Shown: positions 22,928 to 36,806 of the stretch, in pieces | Layout of the letters: every line of letters begins with the position of its first letter | How positions within the stretch are numbered: the stretch's first letter is position 1 | Assembly (NCBI RefSeq): GCF_006345805.1 | Contig: NC_043001.1 | Coordinates: forward strand, 5,270,001 to 5,334,000 | DNA from: Octopus sinensis | Taxonomy: Eukaryota | DNA: 64,000 nucleotides | Direction: 5' to 3' | The notes under the pieces: generated by a model | The model's database searches: none | What the model was told of the DNA's origin: nothing | The model's input: only the letters and a program-made list of their open reading frames with translations | Program-made: the position numbers and the translations under genes

Positions 22928-25504
22928 TCTGTCGGTACAGGCATGAATGGACATTTGCACATCAATAAACGTATGTGTAATAAAAATGTAGATATATGTA
23001 CATATATTCATGTGTATATGTATGTAGGTGAGTATAGGTATGGGTGTATATGTGTGTGAGGGTATGCTTTTGTAGAAATGCATGTATTTGCGTGGGGCCC
23101 ATGACTGCATCGATAGCGGCATCTGCCCCTCATGTTTGTGTCTATGGAGACATTTATATGTACTGGGCTTGTGTATATCAATATATGTGCGGGCGAGTGT
23201 TTCTGAAAATATAGTACCCCAATGTATTTTGTGCTATTCTTGTTATCGTATTATATATTAAGACAACAACGTGATGAGTAGAGATAAACAAGTGCTGTAT
23301 ATTATATATTATTCATTTGAGGGTAACCTGAATGTGGCTTGTAAACATATGAATCTCTTTTGATGAATTTACGAGTAATGAATCGGTGTTTTACGGTCTA
23401 GTCTGTACATGTCAGACAAGTGTTCTACATATCATATGTTCAAATGATTATGGGAACAGATATTGTATTACAAGGTAACGTCTGCGTGGAACAAGAAATG
23501 AAATACATATGGAATGTTCTTCCTCGATAAAAGCCCGCAATTTGCAAATTGACAAAACAAGTTAACATTTTCAACGCAGACTTTATTTATGTATTGAATG
23601 CACTTGTGAAGATTTGCGTACAAACATTATTTTTATTGCATTTATATTCAAAACCACGCTAAGAGAGAGTTCTCCACACGACAACACTATAGAGAAAAGT
23701 GCAGTTACTGAAGATAGTGATAATATTTCATTACTTTCAATAAATATTATAAAATATACATGACATACGCTCTTGTTTCATATTCTTGGTAACATAAATG
23801 TAGCGCTTTTAAGCAGTATACTGGTTACAGCGGAACATATTTAATATATTAGATGTCTGCATTTCAGATATGGAGGCCTTGTGATTTTCGTTGAAATTGC
23901 ATTCCATAAAAAATATTTGGATTTTAAAATAATGTAGTAATATACACTTGCTATAATAGACATCAAAGTTATTCCTAAATAGAATTGAAGAAACCTCTTA
24001 TGGACTTCTTGAAACAGCGATTCTCACATCAAATATTTTATGCATATAAACCTACTTTGAAGTCCAATGCTCGTGTATATACCAACTGTATTCATAATCC
24101 TTCAAAGAATCACTTTATCTAAAATATTATAGTGAGCGAAAATCAGATGAGGTATTTTATTATCAAATATAATTCGCTTTATTTCCGAATGCGCGTATGA
24201 AGCTATACTTTCTATAAAACCTACATGAAACATTCAGTTATAATAAATAAAACCACATGGTTATGATTGAGTATAGATGCATTTCTAGTTAAGAGAATAC
24301 TTAAAAGTATAGCTATACAAAGTTAATTGTTAAAGGTTCAGGAATTTAGACATAGAGCAAATATTTGCATGGATGCATATTTAGATTACTGTGAGCGTAG
24401 TCACACGGTTGTTTTTATATGTAATTATGTAATCGTGTAGTAATATATGTAATGTGTAGTGTAGATGATAATTCAGCTTGAATAAGCATGTGTTTGAGAG
24501 AAAGTAGCTGTGTATAGATTTCAATATTATAAAGCTTTTATGTGGATTCAATTTAACGTAAACATATAGCTTTTATATCGTTATTGTTCGGAAAGAAAAA
24601 GACAGAACCCAATGCTCTCCTAACATATTAATTCAGCATTCGTTTAGGGCTACTAATTTACCTTACCAAATCAACAGCTCTTATAAACTGCATTTAAAGC
24701 AGTAATTAGTTAAGCTAGCACCGTAATAGTCTAAGTTTCAAATTATTTTTCATTTGTACATGTTTTGTCCACTCATCATGTAGTATACAATATCGATTTG
24801 AGCAACACTTTTATTTCTTGCTGTTATACCTTCTGTTATTTAATATTTTCCGCTTTATCTGCTGTCTTCAAAATACATTTTGTCTGTTATTTGTATTCAG
24901 TCTATGAACGTTACTGATTCTTACAATGAGTCATTGTAATCAAATAAATATCCTGTCCTGTCTACCTATTCATAACATTTAGCGAACGTTGGGAATAATA
25001 CACTGAAAGAAATATATTATTTATGTATATATAGATTGTGTATAAGACTGTAGTGATAGGTATGCTGATCACGATTCGTTGCATAATTACTACCATATTT
25101 TACATAAATTCCATATGTTAAATATCAGAATGTTAGAAACTATATTAGGAAATAAAGTTGAAGACTGGAAATAAGATTATGAACGATTAGTGAGTAATCT
25201 GTCAAAAATCAAATTGTTATCAAGAATTCATAAAGCGTCACGTGATATTGCAAGTATCAACTATTGTGTATTTGTCCATAGAAGGTCTATGTATAAGTTG
25301 ACCAAAGTCCATAAATGAGAAAAAATACACATCCACGATCAAATCTCGAAGCTAATTCGTACATTTACAATCTCGTCTTCGTAGAGACTTACATAAGTTA
25401 CTCACTTATTTCTTATGTCTGTGTTGAGACGAAATATTCGAAACTAATGGATGCAGTAAATGTATATCAGTGATTAAACAGGAGAGGGTCTTATTGATTC
25501 GTGG

Positions 25505-25615
25505 GGGTGGTGAGCAAGCAGAAGCTCGGGGTTAGAATGCTTAGCTCTATTTCGTCAGTCTTTATGTACTGTGTTCAAATTCCGCCGAGGGCGTCTTTCC
25601 CTTTCATTCTTCCAG
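25505..25615 (+). mobile_element. SINE family B fragment
   Basis: gttcaaattccgccgagg..gtcttt.cctttcat matches the reverse complement of 63703-63927. Confidence 0.65.
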
Positions 25616-26471
25616 TCTAACTCAAATTTTGTTCTGAGTTCCAATCTAATGCACGGCTTTATTCGCGCGTAATATGTAGACGCATTCAGATCTGTTTTAT
25701 AAATATCACAGAAACAAACTTAAAAATTCCAGAAGAGTAAATCACAATGTTACTTGTATTTTAATGGCTTTCCTTCTCCTGATGCGGTTTACAATAGAAC
25801 ATGTGTTTATGAATCCTTAAGTTACATCTATCACTGAGGAGTTTTCGAAAACCATTAAAATCCCCTTCTGTATGCCTTGAAAGCTAAACTGTCAAAATCG
25901 ATGATGTGTATTTTAATCTCTTTTCTGTATAACATTATATTAAACACGATCGTTAACTTTCAGTGTTTGGGCATAGGAATTTTTTATATTGATGTTTTGT
26001 GATTTTAAAAAAGGTGTTGTGTAACACTGCCATACAGCTACCTACAAAAATGTGTAATCTTTAAGTTAAGGCACATCTATTTTTCAGTTTTGATTCTAAA
26101 GCAAAATAAACGCTTACAGGATCACGTGGGGCTGGGAGGGAAGAATTATGCTTCCAGACCACGTGGTTCAAGATTCCGTCCGACTGCGCGGATCCCTGGG
26201 CAAGCGTCATCGACTATAGTCCTGATTGTGAGTAGATTTGATACGCAGAAGCTGAAAAAAAAGCCCCTCATAAGCTAGTAACATCCATGTCTTAGAATCT
26301 GGCAAGTAACAAGAACAGGACAATTTTGTGTTTTTACACTGTCATTTATCGTATTAGATAATAGTCCCTCCACCATAACTGAAGCGAATATGACTTCACT
26401 AGTTGAAATATATTTTAACTAACATACACTTCACTAATGGTAAAATACTTTTTGGTGCTTATATATACTCG

Positions 26472-27672
26472 CAGTGGTTCGACAAAATAATGGAAATACC
26501 TAGCATCATAGCATCATAATTTCGAAATATCTATAAAACCGTCAAAAGCTTGTTTATTTTTACATTTTTTGATTTATTAGTGTTGCTTAATATGTTTTGT
26601 TAAAATTGCTGTTTCCTCCAGATATCACCAGAAAAGGGTTATTAAAATCCAATCGGACTTTCAAAGAGGCCAAATGGATGGTGCTCGTATGGCAGGCGCT
26701 AGCGTAACGAAAACAGCCGAAATGTATGGTGTATCAAAATGTACTGTCTCGGAAGTAATAACAGCCTTTGAGAAAGAGGGAAAAAACCTTCCCATCAAAA
26801 CAAATCACCGGAAGTAACCCAAAACATTCAGATAGGGATCGTCGGACTCTTACGCGAATTGTAGGACATGATCACAAAAGTACAGATTCCAAAGTTACTG
26901 CAGAGCTTAATGACTATCTCCAGAACAAGGTTTCCACAAAACCTGTTCGTCGGGAGCTGCACAAAGCCGGATTACGCGGGAGAGCTGCAATTAGAAAACC
27001 ACTACTTTTAAAAACAAACGTTGCAAAGCATTTAGAGTGAAGTAAAATCCTACAGAATCTGTCCCTAGAGCAGTGGAAGAATGTTATTTTCTCAGGCGAA
27101 TTATCCTTTGCTCTATTTCCGACCACCGGGCGAGGATATGTGTGGAGACAGCTGAAGGGAGCCTTTGACCCGGGCTGCCTTCTTCCAACTATTAAACCTA
27201 GAGGAGGATCTCTGATGGTCTGGGTGTGTGGAAATCCGCCGTCCCAATGGTTTCGCTTCATTGTAGAATTAATAGTCAAGACAAGTTAAGCATTTTATCT
27301 GAATAAATTCATCCTATATTTGAGGAACTGTTTCCGGTGGGAAATACAATCTGTCAGGATTGATAATGCACCAATTCACACAGCTAAATTTATTACTGTA
27401 AGGTACGAGGAACATTCTAGTGAAGTTGAACATCTTATCTGGCTACCACACTCCACAGTTCTCAATATCATTGAACATTTATGGTGCATTTTAGAAAAAC
27501 AAGTACTCGATATCCTCCACCATCATCACTACAAGAACTGGAGACTCTTTTAGCTGAAGAATAGACAACAATTTCTTTAGAAACACTTCAAACTTTGTAT
27601 GAGTCAATACCTCGTAGAATTGAAGCTGCAGTTACTGCCAAAGGCAGTCCTACCCCATATTAAAATAAATTT
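26472..27672 (+). mobile_element. Tc1-like (DD34E) transposon relic, right TIR missing
   Basis: Left end cagtggttcgacaaaataatggaaatacc. Disrupted transposase SDFQRGQMDGARMAGASVTKTAE, VRRELHKAGLRGRAAIRKPLL, DNAPIHT, WLPHSTVLNIIEHLW, AKGSPTPY* (stop 27661-27663). Confidence 0.85.
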
Positions 27673-29254
27673 AGTAACGCCCTGTCTCATTTTCTGCACC
27701 ATCACTCCACCTCGGTGGCTTTCAAACATATCGGCCCAACTCCCACTGTTCACTCATATACATTCCTTCCTTACATTCTTACCTCTTCCATCCCCCTCAT
27801 AATATTTTGATCACCAACGAACACTCCTTTATTTTGTTTACATTTTCGCTTCCACATTCTTTCATTTCTTCTTTTTTTTACATATTTCCCCCTCATATTT
27901 TGACACTTCTCATTTTAACATACACATTATTTCTCTCCTCTCTATCTACTTAATACTACCATTACATCTTCAAAATTTCATTCACACCACAAGACCCCAT
28001 TTATTGAACAGCACATGGATTCTGCGTATTCGCAGTTTCCTTTTGTAATGACAAAACACAACGGAAGCACATATTTGCCGTAAATATATTATGGGTTTCC
28101 TTAGAGTTTCTTCCAATCACATATTTTGATAAATTATTGGTCAATGAGAGGCTACAATAAAACACAATTTATCAAGTGTTGTACAGTATGAATGGATGCT
28201 ACACCAAGTGATTGCAAAGCGAACTTCTAACCAACACAGCCTTGTACTTTATGTGAGATATATATAATATTTCAATATCATTTCTATATTTATTTGTATG
28301 TATGATATATTTGTATTGGCGTTTAGTATGCTAACAGGAGGTCCATTTAGATTTCATCCACCAGATTTTGCTAAAACCAATCTCAACATTCAAATGTTGA
28401 TTCTATCATCAGTTACTAACTTAACTGGGCGACTGCAACATCTATAATAATACATACACATTAGTAGACATGATTTGCACATTCAGTAGAAACATTTACA
28501 GTAAATTGTTTTGAACGTCGATAAGTTGTTGGACATTAAAAACCAATGGTGTATGGTGGACAGGATACCTACAAATACGTAGTTACATAGAGTAATAGAT
28601 TCTGCTATAAGCTAAGAAACAATTGCATGTAATTTTAACAAATATTCACAGTGGGTTTACATTTTCCGACACAATGTACTTAATAATCACAGGAAAATCG
28701 TTTTCGTTACGCAATATATTGTTCCTAAAGAATCTTGTGAACAAAGACTGAAACACTTACATGGCATCTCTGTTCTGCAAGAGATATTCTATGTCTTTGA
28801 GCGAAGGTGTTTTCTTTTCTTTACACACACACCAAAATTATATTACATACATATGTAAAAGAATCTCAATGACATGTAATAATTTTAAGCATTAGGGGAA
28901 GTAATATTCCGGTGTGATTTTTTTCTCTTTTAGTATACACAAAGAATATTCACATCTGTAACACGTGATAGAAACAGATAAATGTAATAGATGTGGTCAG
29001 GTAATAGATATGGTCACGTAAGTGATGCAAAGAAACTTAGAACTAGGTTAACTGAATAATATATTTATAAATTCAATATACACTAGACGTTGAACATGAA
29101 TTTTTCCATTATTTACAACTTGGCACTTGTAGTTTAAATATATCTCCTGAAAGTATTATAATTTTAATTTTTGTGACTCTCGTTGTTGTTGTTCTTCTTC
29201 TTTTTCTTCTTCTTCTTATTATTATTATCATTATCTTTATCATTATCATTATTA

Positions 29255-29335
29255 TTATTATTCATGTCACCTCCTGGAATCGAACTCGGAATCTTGGGGT
29301 TAGAATTCTGTGCTCTTAAACCTCTACGCCATATG
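29255..29335 (-). mobile_element. tRNA-like head of the 5140-5700 repeat family followed by (AAT)n
   Basis: Minus strand: catatggcgtagagg...ccccaagattccgagttcgattccagg...gtgacatgaataataat. Confidence 0.7.
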
Positions 29336-29889
29336 AAGCTCTCGTTCTATTTCTGCTCATGACCAAAGATGTACATTTCGTCAGCCACAAAGGAGCGTTT
29401 TCGACTAGTTATGGTCTAACAACTGACAAGTAAATCTGTGGTATAGCGCAGAAAATTTGTTGTAGCGTATCTTTTATACCAAGACAAAACAACGTACATG
29501 ATAACACTTACAATTTACCAAGATTAAATGTCACAGCAGCCATTGTTTGGTACTGAGTCCGCGCATTCAGTTTTGCCTACAGCTGTCCAAAAACCTTACC
29601 AGTAAAACAACACAGGATTTCTATAGCGGACACGTTGAGTGTAAGTGCTATGATAGCGTAGGACTGAATTTAAGCATTGATGATGACACTCTAAGTAGTC
29701 TCATCCCCAAAACTTCGAATCAAAGATTTGGACAGTTTCCGAAATGAATCTAGCAAAAGAACTGGAAAAAAACATCCGAGCTATCACCCACTACCATCCT
29801 ACACTATCACCCCACTGCACATGCCATTAAAAAGCAATCAAATAAACAAAACACCAAAACAATTAAAACCATCCACTCTCGCCTCAACA

Positions 29890-31536
29890 TTTTTGCTTAA
29901 TGCCCAAGGCATCAGCCCTTCCACCAATACTCAAAAATAGAGGATAAAATTCCTGGAGGTCTGGCTCGATGCCCATCCAAACCACATCCCTTTCTTCGTC
30001 CTCACTGAAACCCATCTTAGTAACCTTCACTTGGAAACCGAGGTGAAAGTTAAAAATTTCAAAGCCATTCGTGCTGATCGTGCTGGCAGAAGAAAATGTG
30101 GGACTGCCATTTATGTTCATGATTCATTCTCAACAGAAGCTATGAACATATTTTCCAATGGATACTGGGAAGCAGTCTCTGTATTCAGTCAAACCAACAA
30201 CTTAACAGTAGTTGGGCTCTACAGACCACCCCAAACGCCCCTACCATGCTTCAAGGAATGCCTCAACAACATAAAGTGTTTCATTCAGCAGTGTCAACCT
30301 GACAACATTTTAATGATGAGAGACTTCAACCTTCTTGGGGTTGACTGGTCTACAAACAGTCTGCCGACAGGTTCTTCTCTCTCATCCCCTGACAGGGAGG
30401 CAGTGGAAACGCTTCTTGACTTCATGGATGATTTTTTCCTGTCCCAACTGGTGCTCGAAACAACGAGATGTCACATAAAGGTCTTAGACTTAATTCTCAG
30501 CAATCACACTGATACTATCCACAATATTGCAGTGGAGAAAACTCTACTCTTTGATCATGACATGGTTCTCTGTGATCTGAGATTTCACCGGCCAAAATGC
30601 AAAACAATTGTCATCCCTCCTGTTCATCCATTTGACACTATGGATTTCCACAATGCAAAATGGGAAGCGATCAATAATGATCTTGCACAAGTCGATTGGT
30701 CCTTCAAGCACACACACACACCCACTAACATCAAAAACATCAAAAAGTCCTGGCAGTCATTTGTAGACACCATTACGAACATATGTGCAAAACACACCCC
30801 ATTAAGATCTGCAAACAAATCTAAATGTCGAATCCCTAGAAATAGAAAATCTCTCATCAGGAAAATTAAAAGAATTAACAAAAAAATCAACAAGCTGAAA
30901 TACTGTCAACAGCAACACACCAACCTGACTGCCATCTCGTCTCTAGAGATTAAAAAACATAAACTCCAAAACAACATCAATATCTATCATCAATAGTCAG
31001 AGAAGAGCTGAAGAGGCCTGGGCCATTGAGAAGATCAAACTCAATCCCAAAGCGTTCTTTTCATTTGCAAAAAATAAACACAGAATCACTGGTTCTACTG
31101 TTGGCCCTCTGATTGATGAAAATGGTACTCTTCAAGACAATGCCAAAACCGTGGGAGAGATATTGCAGAAACAATATTGCTCTGTTTTCAGCAATCATGA
31201 TATGACTGATCTGGGCTGTATCAGTGATGTTACTCCCCAATACACTTTATCGGACATAACCTTTGGCGCTCCTGATGTCTTAGCAGCAATAAAGGAATTG
31301 AAGCATAATTCAGCAGTAGGTCCCGATATGTTCCCTGCTTGTGTCTTGAAGATGTGTCAACACCAACTTGCACCCCCTCTAGCCAATCTGTGGCGGAACT
31401 CACTGGATGCTGGATATATACCAGACGAACTTCTATCCCAGTCTGTTGTCCCAGTTTTCAAAAAAGGAATTAAATCGCTTGCCGTGAATTACCGTCCAAT
31501 CTCACTAACTTCTCATATCATTAAGATATTTGAGAG
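29890..31536 (+). mobile_element. CR1-like LINE ORF2 5' part (APE endonuclease + start of RT), disrupted
   Basis: LTETHL, VGLYRPP, DFNL, LDLILSN, DHDMV, NPKAFFSF, GPDMFPACVLK, VVPVFKKG, NYRPISLTSHIIKIFER. Confidence 0.85.
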
Positions 31537-32855
31537 AGAAAAGGCCTTTTCATCCTGCTCCAAAAAGTCGGATGTCCACCGAAACTGCTGAGAATCATCA
31601 AATATTTCCATGATGATATGCAAGGCACCATACATCACAATGGATTAACATCAACTGCCTTCCAAATAAAATACCGGGTAAAGCAAGGTTGTGCCCTTAC
31701 TCCTTCTTCTCACTGCTGCTGTAACATGCCTTTCAGAGATCAGATGATGGTGTGTTTCAGCACAGTAGAAGGGACAGGCAACTGTTCAATCTCTCGCGTC
31801 TGCGTGTCAAGATCAAAATCAGAAGCGTCCTGATCAAGGAGGTGCTATTTGCTAATGATGCCGCTCTGGTATCACACACAGAAGAAGCCCTACAAAGGCA
31901 CATCGACAGTTTTGAGCAAGCATGTAGCGAATTTGGCTTAGTTATCAGCCTCAAGAAGACCAACATCATGGGTCAGGCTACTTCGACCACCCCAAACATA
32001 CATATTGGAGACCACAGACTACAAGAGGTGGAGATGTTTACCTATCTTAGCTCTACTGTCACCTACAACCTATCCCTTGATGCTAAGCTCAAAATATGCA
32101 TTGGCAAGGCAACTGCTGTGATGGCCCAATTATCCAAACAGGCATGGGACAACAATAAGCTGAACAAGAACACAAAAATGAAGATTTAACAGGCATGTGT
32201 ACTTACCACTCTACTATATGGAAATGAGAATACACACGCCAAGAGCGCCAAGAGCGTCGCCTAAATATATTTCACCTGCGCCACCTCCGGGAAATCCTTC
32301 GCATCAAATGGCAGAATAATGTCCCCAACAAAAATGTCCTCAAGCAAGCAGGGATACCAAGCATGTTTACACTCCTCACACAAAGACATATGAGCTGGCT
32401 TGGTCATGTTAGCCGTATGGAAGATGGCAGAATCCCCAAGGACATACCCTACGGAGTGCCAACTAGGGGCACTAGGTCTGTGGGAAGAATGTTCTTACGA
32501 TACAAGGATGTTTGCAAAAGGGACATGAATGCCTGCAACATCAATATTAGCAACTGGGAAGCATTTGCCAGCAGCAGTGGAGATTGAGGACGTACCGTAA
32601 AAGAGGGAAAACAAAGGAGTGACATAGAAGGAGAGGAGAAATGGAAAGACAAGAAAAGACGTCAACAAGAAAGCATGACATTACAGCCAGCTAGGCAAAG
32701 TCTTCGCTACATTTGCGACACCTGCCAGAGGGCGTGTTTGTCCAGGATAGGACCACACAGCCACAGCAGGGGATGTATTAGGACATGAAATGTAAAAAGC
32801 CGGACTAGATTATTTTATGCGCAACTCCATTGTCTCTCGAGACAAAAAGGATCCT
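31537..32855 (+). mobile_element. 5'-truncated RTE/BovB-like LINE (RT, thumb, C-terminal C2H2), disrupted
   Basis: GCPPKLLRIIKYFHDDM, VKQGCAL, LFANDAAL, ISLKKT, WLGHVSRMEDGRIPK, RYKDVCKRDM, CDTCQRAC.SRIG.HSH; 3' stem gtctctcgagac. Confidence 0.85.
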
Positions 32856-33151
32856 AGCAACAATATATATGGATTTCGTAGACAGGAACTGAAACAAATC
32901 AATCGTATATCGTATATATATATGTATCTATATATGTAAGTGTATGTGTGTGTCTTTGTCTCTGTGTTTCGCCCTCATCACTGCTTCACAACTGCTGTTC
33001 ATTTATTTACATCCACTTAACTTACTGGTTTCACAAGAATAAACTAATACAATAAGTACCAGGCTTATCAACATAAGAAAGCACTAGGATGTGTCTCATA
33101 TTTCTGTTTGCCCAATCAGTTGTATCTATCAATTTATCTTTGTATGTGTTT

Positions 33152-33154
33152 CTA

Positions 33155-33218
<64 letters not shown>

Positions 33219-33219
33219 C

Positions 33220-33258
<39 letters not shown>

Positions 33259-33348
33259 GATCTATCTATCTATCTATCCACACATACACACACACATACA
33301 CACACATATATATATATATATTATATATATATATATATATATACACAA

Positions 33349-33386
<38 letters not shown>
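33152..33386. repeat. (TCTA)n plus (CA)/(TA)n microsatellite
   Basis: Directly visible. Confidence 0.95.
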
Positions 33387-33388
<2 letters not shown>

Positions 33389-35031
33389 CCCTAATGGGGG
33401 CCTTAACTCCCAAATTTTAGTAATTTCTTTTATGATCCAAAACTAGGTCAAATATACTGAATGGGTCATTATGTAATTTGGAAATTATATTCTATGCTTC
33501 AGGGCCATTACCCCCATTTTAACCATAGATATTAGACACAAATGAAGTAATATTTATAAAATTTCGTCTTCTTACAAGTTAGAATGACCCCTCCATAGGG
33601 ACTTAACACCCACAATTTTGTCATTTTATCAAACGAATACAGTTGTGCTCTTGGAAGCTCTAGGGTTACCCGAGCATAAGAGTTGGGCATTATTTCTAAT
33701 TCAATGGTACAGCAATGTAACAGTTTGATTTGACATACACTTACATTGTGATTTCTGCAATATAGTGCATAAATTGTTAAGTAAATGAGAGGCATCTTTG
33801 CCTCCACTGATTCAGTTGCAAAGTGTTGAGTAAAGTTTTTTGATTGTAGACCTCTTTTCAGTCTTTTTATTATCACTGGGTCACACATAGTCCAAAGATG
33901 GTTACATTGATTTTAAGGCTTTCCCAGATGAGTGACTGGTTATTCAAAGACATTTATAGATTGTAAATTTATTCTGTCCAGTTACCTATCAGTATATTGG
34001 TCATTTGCAAACTCCAGAGGTGACACTTTAACTTCCCCTAAGCCCCCACGTCACACAGTTGTTAATGTTGATTTCAGTTGGGTCACGCTCTTCCAATTGC
34101 TATAGATTCGTAATGCATCTTACGGCTGTGCCTGTCACTTGGATGGTGAGGAATCCTACATTGGGAGTGGTAACGACTAGAGTAGGGTAACTGACTGCTT
34201 ATTGTGATCATTCGTCTTTTGGTTTCCTGTAGCTGTGCTCTCTTTTAGAAACCCAGTGACCATATATTTCCTATTTCAAAGAAATTCAAACAATAGATGT
34301 GAGACCCAAGTAAAAAAGATTCTCAACAATTCAACTTCTCTGGTTGACATTATGATGCCCACCCCAAACAGGGCCCCCTTAACTCTCAAATTTTAGAGCT
34401 CTATGACCTTCATTTTCCAGGAGCAAAATCTTTTTAGCAGGTTCAATAAAACTGGAATTTTGGAATATGCGCATAAAAATCTGTAATATTGAATATATGT
34501 GGCGCGATTACAATTTTTTTTTTGGGGGGGGGGGTAAAGCTGGAAATAACCCTCATCTGCAATTTTGATGAAATTTGAAACATAGATATTCCAGTTCATT
34601 AGAGAAAAGTTTGATTCTTCAATTGTATGTATCTCTGTTAGGGTATCTCTGTTAGTATGCTATAAATAAAAATTGCACCTGTATTGTAATTCTTATGAAC
34701 TACTTGGTTGTGAAATTCCTAAAGAGTTCTGTACAACCTGATGTGTAAGTCATTGACGAGATGTGCTTTCACTTGCAAACGAATCGCAGCAATGAAGTCC
34801 GGAAATGGTCACAGATATGGATTTTCTATTACTATTTTATAGAACACTCTTATGCTCCTTCGATATAGGACCTACCGTAGATTGCTACATTTTAAAGAAA
34901 TGACTATTTGGATGTATTTTTAATCAATGGGAAATTTTTTTAGTCGATTGATGTTCTAATAATTCATTTTCGTCGTCCTTTATATACATTTTTCCGGACA
35001 GGTCCTATATATTATTGTAATTTTATATGTG

Positions 35032-35152
35032 CAGCAGTGGCTGTGTGGTAAGTAGTTGCTTATTAACCGCCTGGTTCCGAGTTCAATCCCACTGCAGGAC
35101 ACCTTGGGGAAGTGTATTCTACTATAACCTCAGGCCGACCAAAGCCTTGTGA
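35032..35152 (+). mobile_element. SINE family A 5' fragment
   Basis: gtggctgtgtggtaagtag...gagttcaatcccactgc...ggccgaccaaagccttgtgag. Confidence 0.85.
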
Positions 35153-35174
35153 GCTACTTTCTAAGATATTCAAA

Positions 35175-35442
35175 GATACTGATGGCACTTATGTAGACAT
35201 GATACCTTAAGGTCTAGTCGATTATTAATCAGGTTGCCTTCATCTTCATGCTTATAAATTTCGTTTCCACAGAGCACAGATCACAACCATATCTGCTATT
35301 TCTATAAGGCTGAGATTTTCTCATTATTTCCCATTTGAGGCTAAACTCAATTCCACTTTCTTTCAATTCCCAAATCTTACAATACAAGTTTAAAGAACGA
35401 TGTGATTGCATATACACTTTTTCAAATTAATCGAACGACCAA

Positions 35443-35537
<95 letters not shown>

Positions 35538-35690
35538 ATTATTAGTTGTAGTTATTAATGTACATTTATATATTATGTTGCTTATTTTGATTGTAATCAC
35601 ATTATTTTGAAATTGTATGGATAATACCGTACTAAATTCCGGTGCCTCCAATTACGTACCATATTCATCTGTATCAAAATTTTGATGATC
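35175..35690 (-). pseudogene. Penelope-like element C-terminal GIY-YIG endonuclease remnant, split by a (TA)n expansion
   Basis: NIIYKC ...(TA)n... YIGRS, then IWELKESGIEFSLKWEIMRKSQPY...CDLCSVETKFI and NNRLDLKVSCLHK, the pattern expected at the end of PLE ORFs. Confidence 0.75.
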
Positions 35691-35799
35691 TCATCTACCA
35701 TATATATATATATTCAAATATTCCTATCAGGTGGAGCTATTAAGTTAGACATGGCCTGCACCAATCCTTGGTCGAAACATATCTAAGTTTATTTAAGTA

Positions 35800-35830
<31 letters not shown>

Positions 35831-35899
35831 CGTATATATATATATATATATATATGGCCTGCACATATCATTGGTCGAAACATATCTAAGTTTATTTAA

Positions 35900-36087
<188 letters not shown>

Positions 36088-36209
36088 CGGCTTATATTTA
36101 TTTGCTGCCGATAAATTTGGCGCGAGTGCGATGATTTGAAAATTTTAGGTCAGATATTGCCTTGGCAGGGTCGGAAATGCCTCGTGAAAATATCTGTTCC
36201 GACTTGGCT

Positions 36210-36316
36210 ATTTCTTACTGAAGAATCTGAGGGCCTATGGAAGATTGGCTTGATTTAATTTATTCAGGTTAGTTTACCATTAAACAGCAGATGAAACGGT
36301 GCATCGTATAAGAAAT
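36210..36316 (+). ncRNA. Type I hammerhead ribozyme, canonical core, long helix II insertion
   Basis: atttctta CTGAAGA atctg...(58 nt)...cagat GAAA cggtgcatcg TA taagaaat; 8-bp helix I; predicted cleavage after A36308. Confidence 0.8.
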
Positions 36317-36537
36317 TACAGGGTAAATGTTTTTTAAATTTTCTCCTGGTTTACGGAATTGATTTTTATTTGCGGTTGAAGCTTTGGCTGTTATTTCTAG
36401 TGGGTGAATGGCCTATTATGGCCGTTCCTTGATTGTTGATGTTGAACTTAAAAATGGTCTATGACTATTTAATTTTTTCCCACTAGGCCGCTGGTGGCAA
36501 AAAAATTCTACAAAATTTTTTGCCACCCTATATTGAT

Positions 36538-36580
<43 letters not shown>

Positions 36581-36806
36581 AAAATGGAGAGTTTGAACGC
36601 GCTTGAACACTGATAATTAATTTATATTATAATATTCAATTTCATCCTGCCTGCATACTTTTCATTTTCTTATCTTTGAGAAATCTCAAACTCTAATGAT
36701 TTATTCAGGCTCGTCAAAGACAAAAACTGAAACATATTTAACTCCTTTCTCAAAAAATCATTGCAATGCGAAATATGGAAAATCCGCCAATTGGACGAAA
36801 CAGTAA

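Noticed and set aside
35735-35895. Duplicated ggcc...ggtc GAAA cata TC taag motif
   Set aside because: Hammerhead 3' half only; no CTGANGA core upstream.
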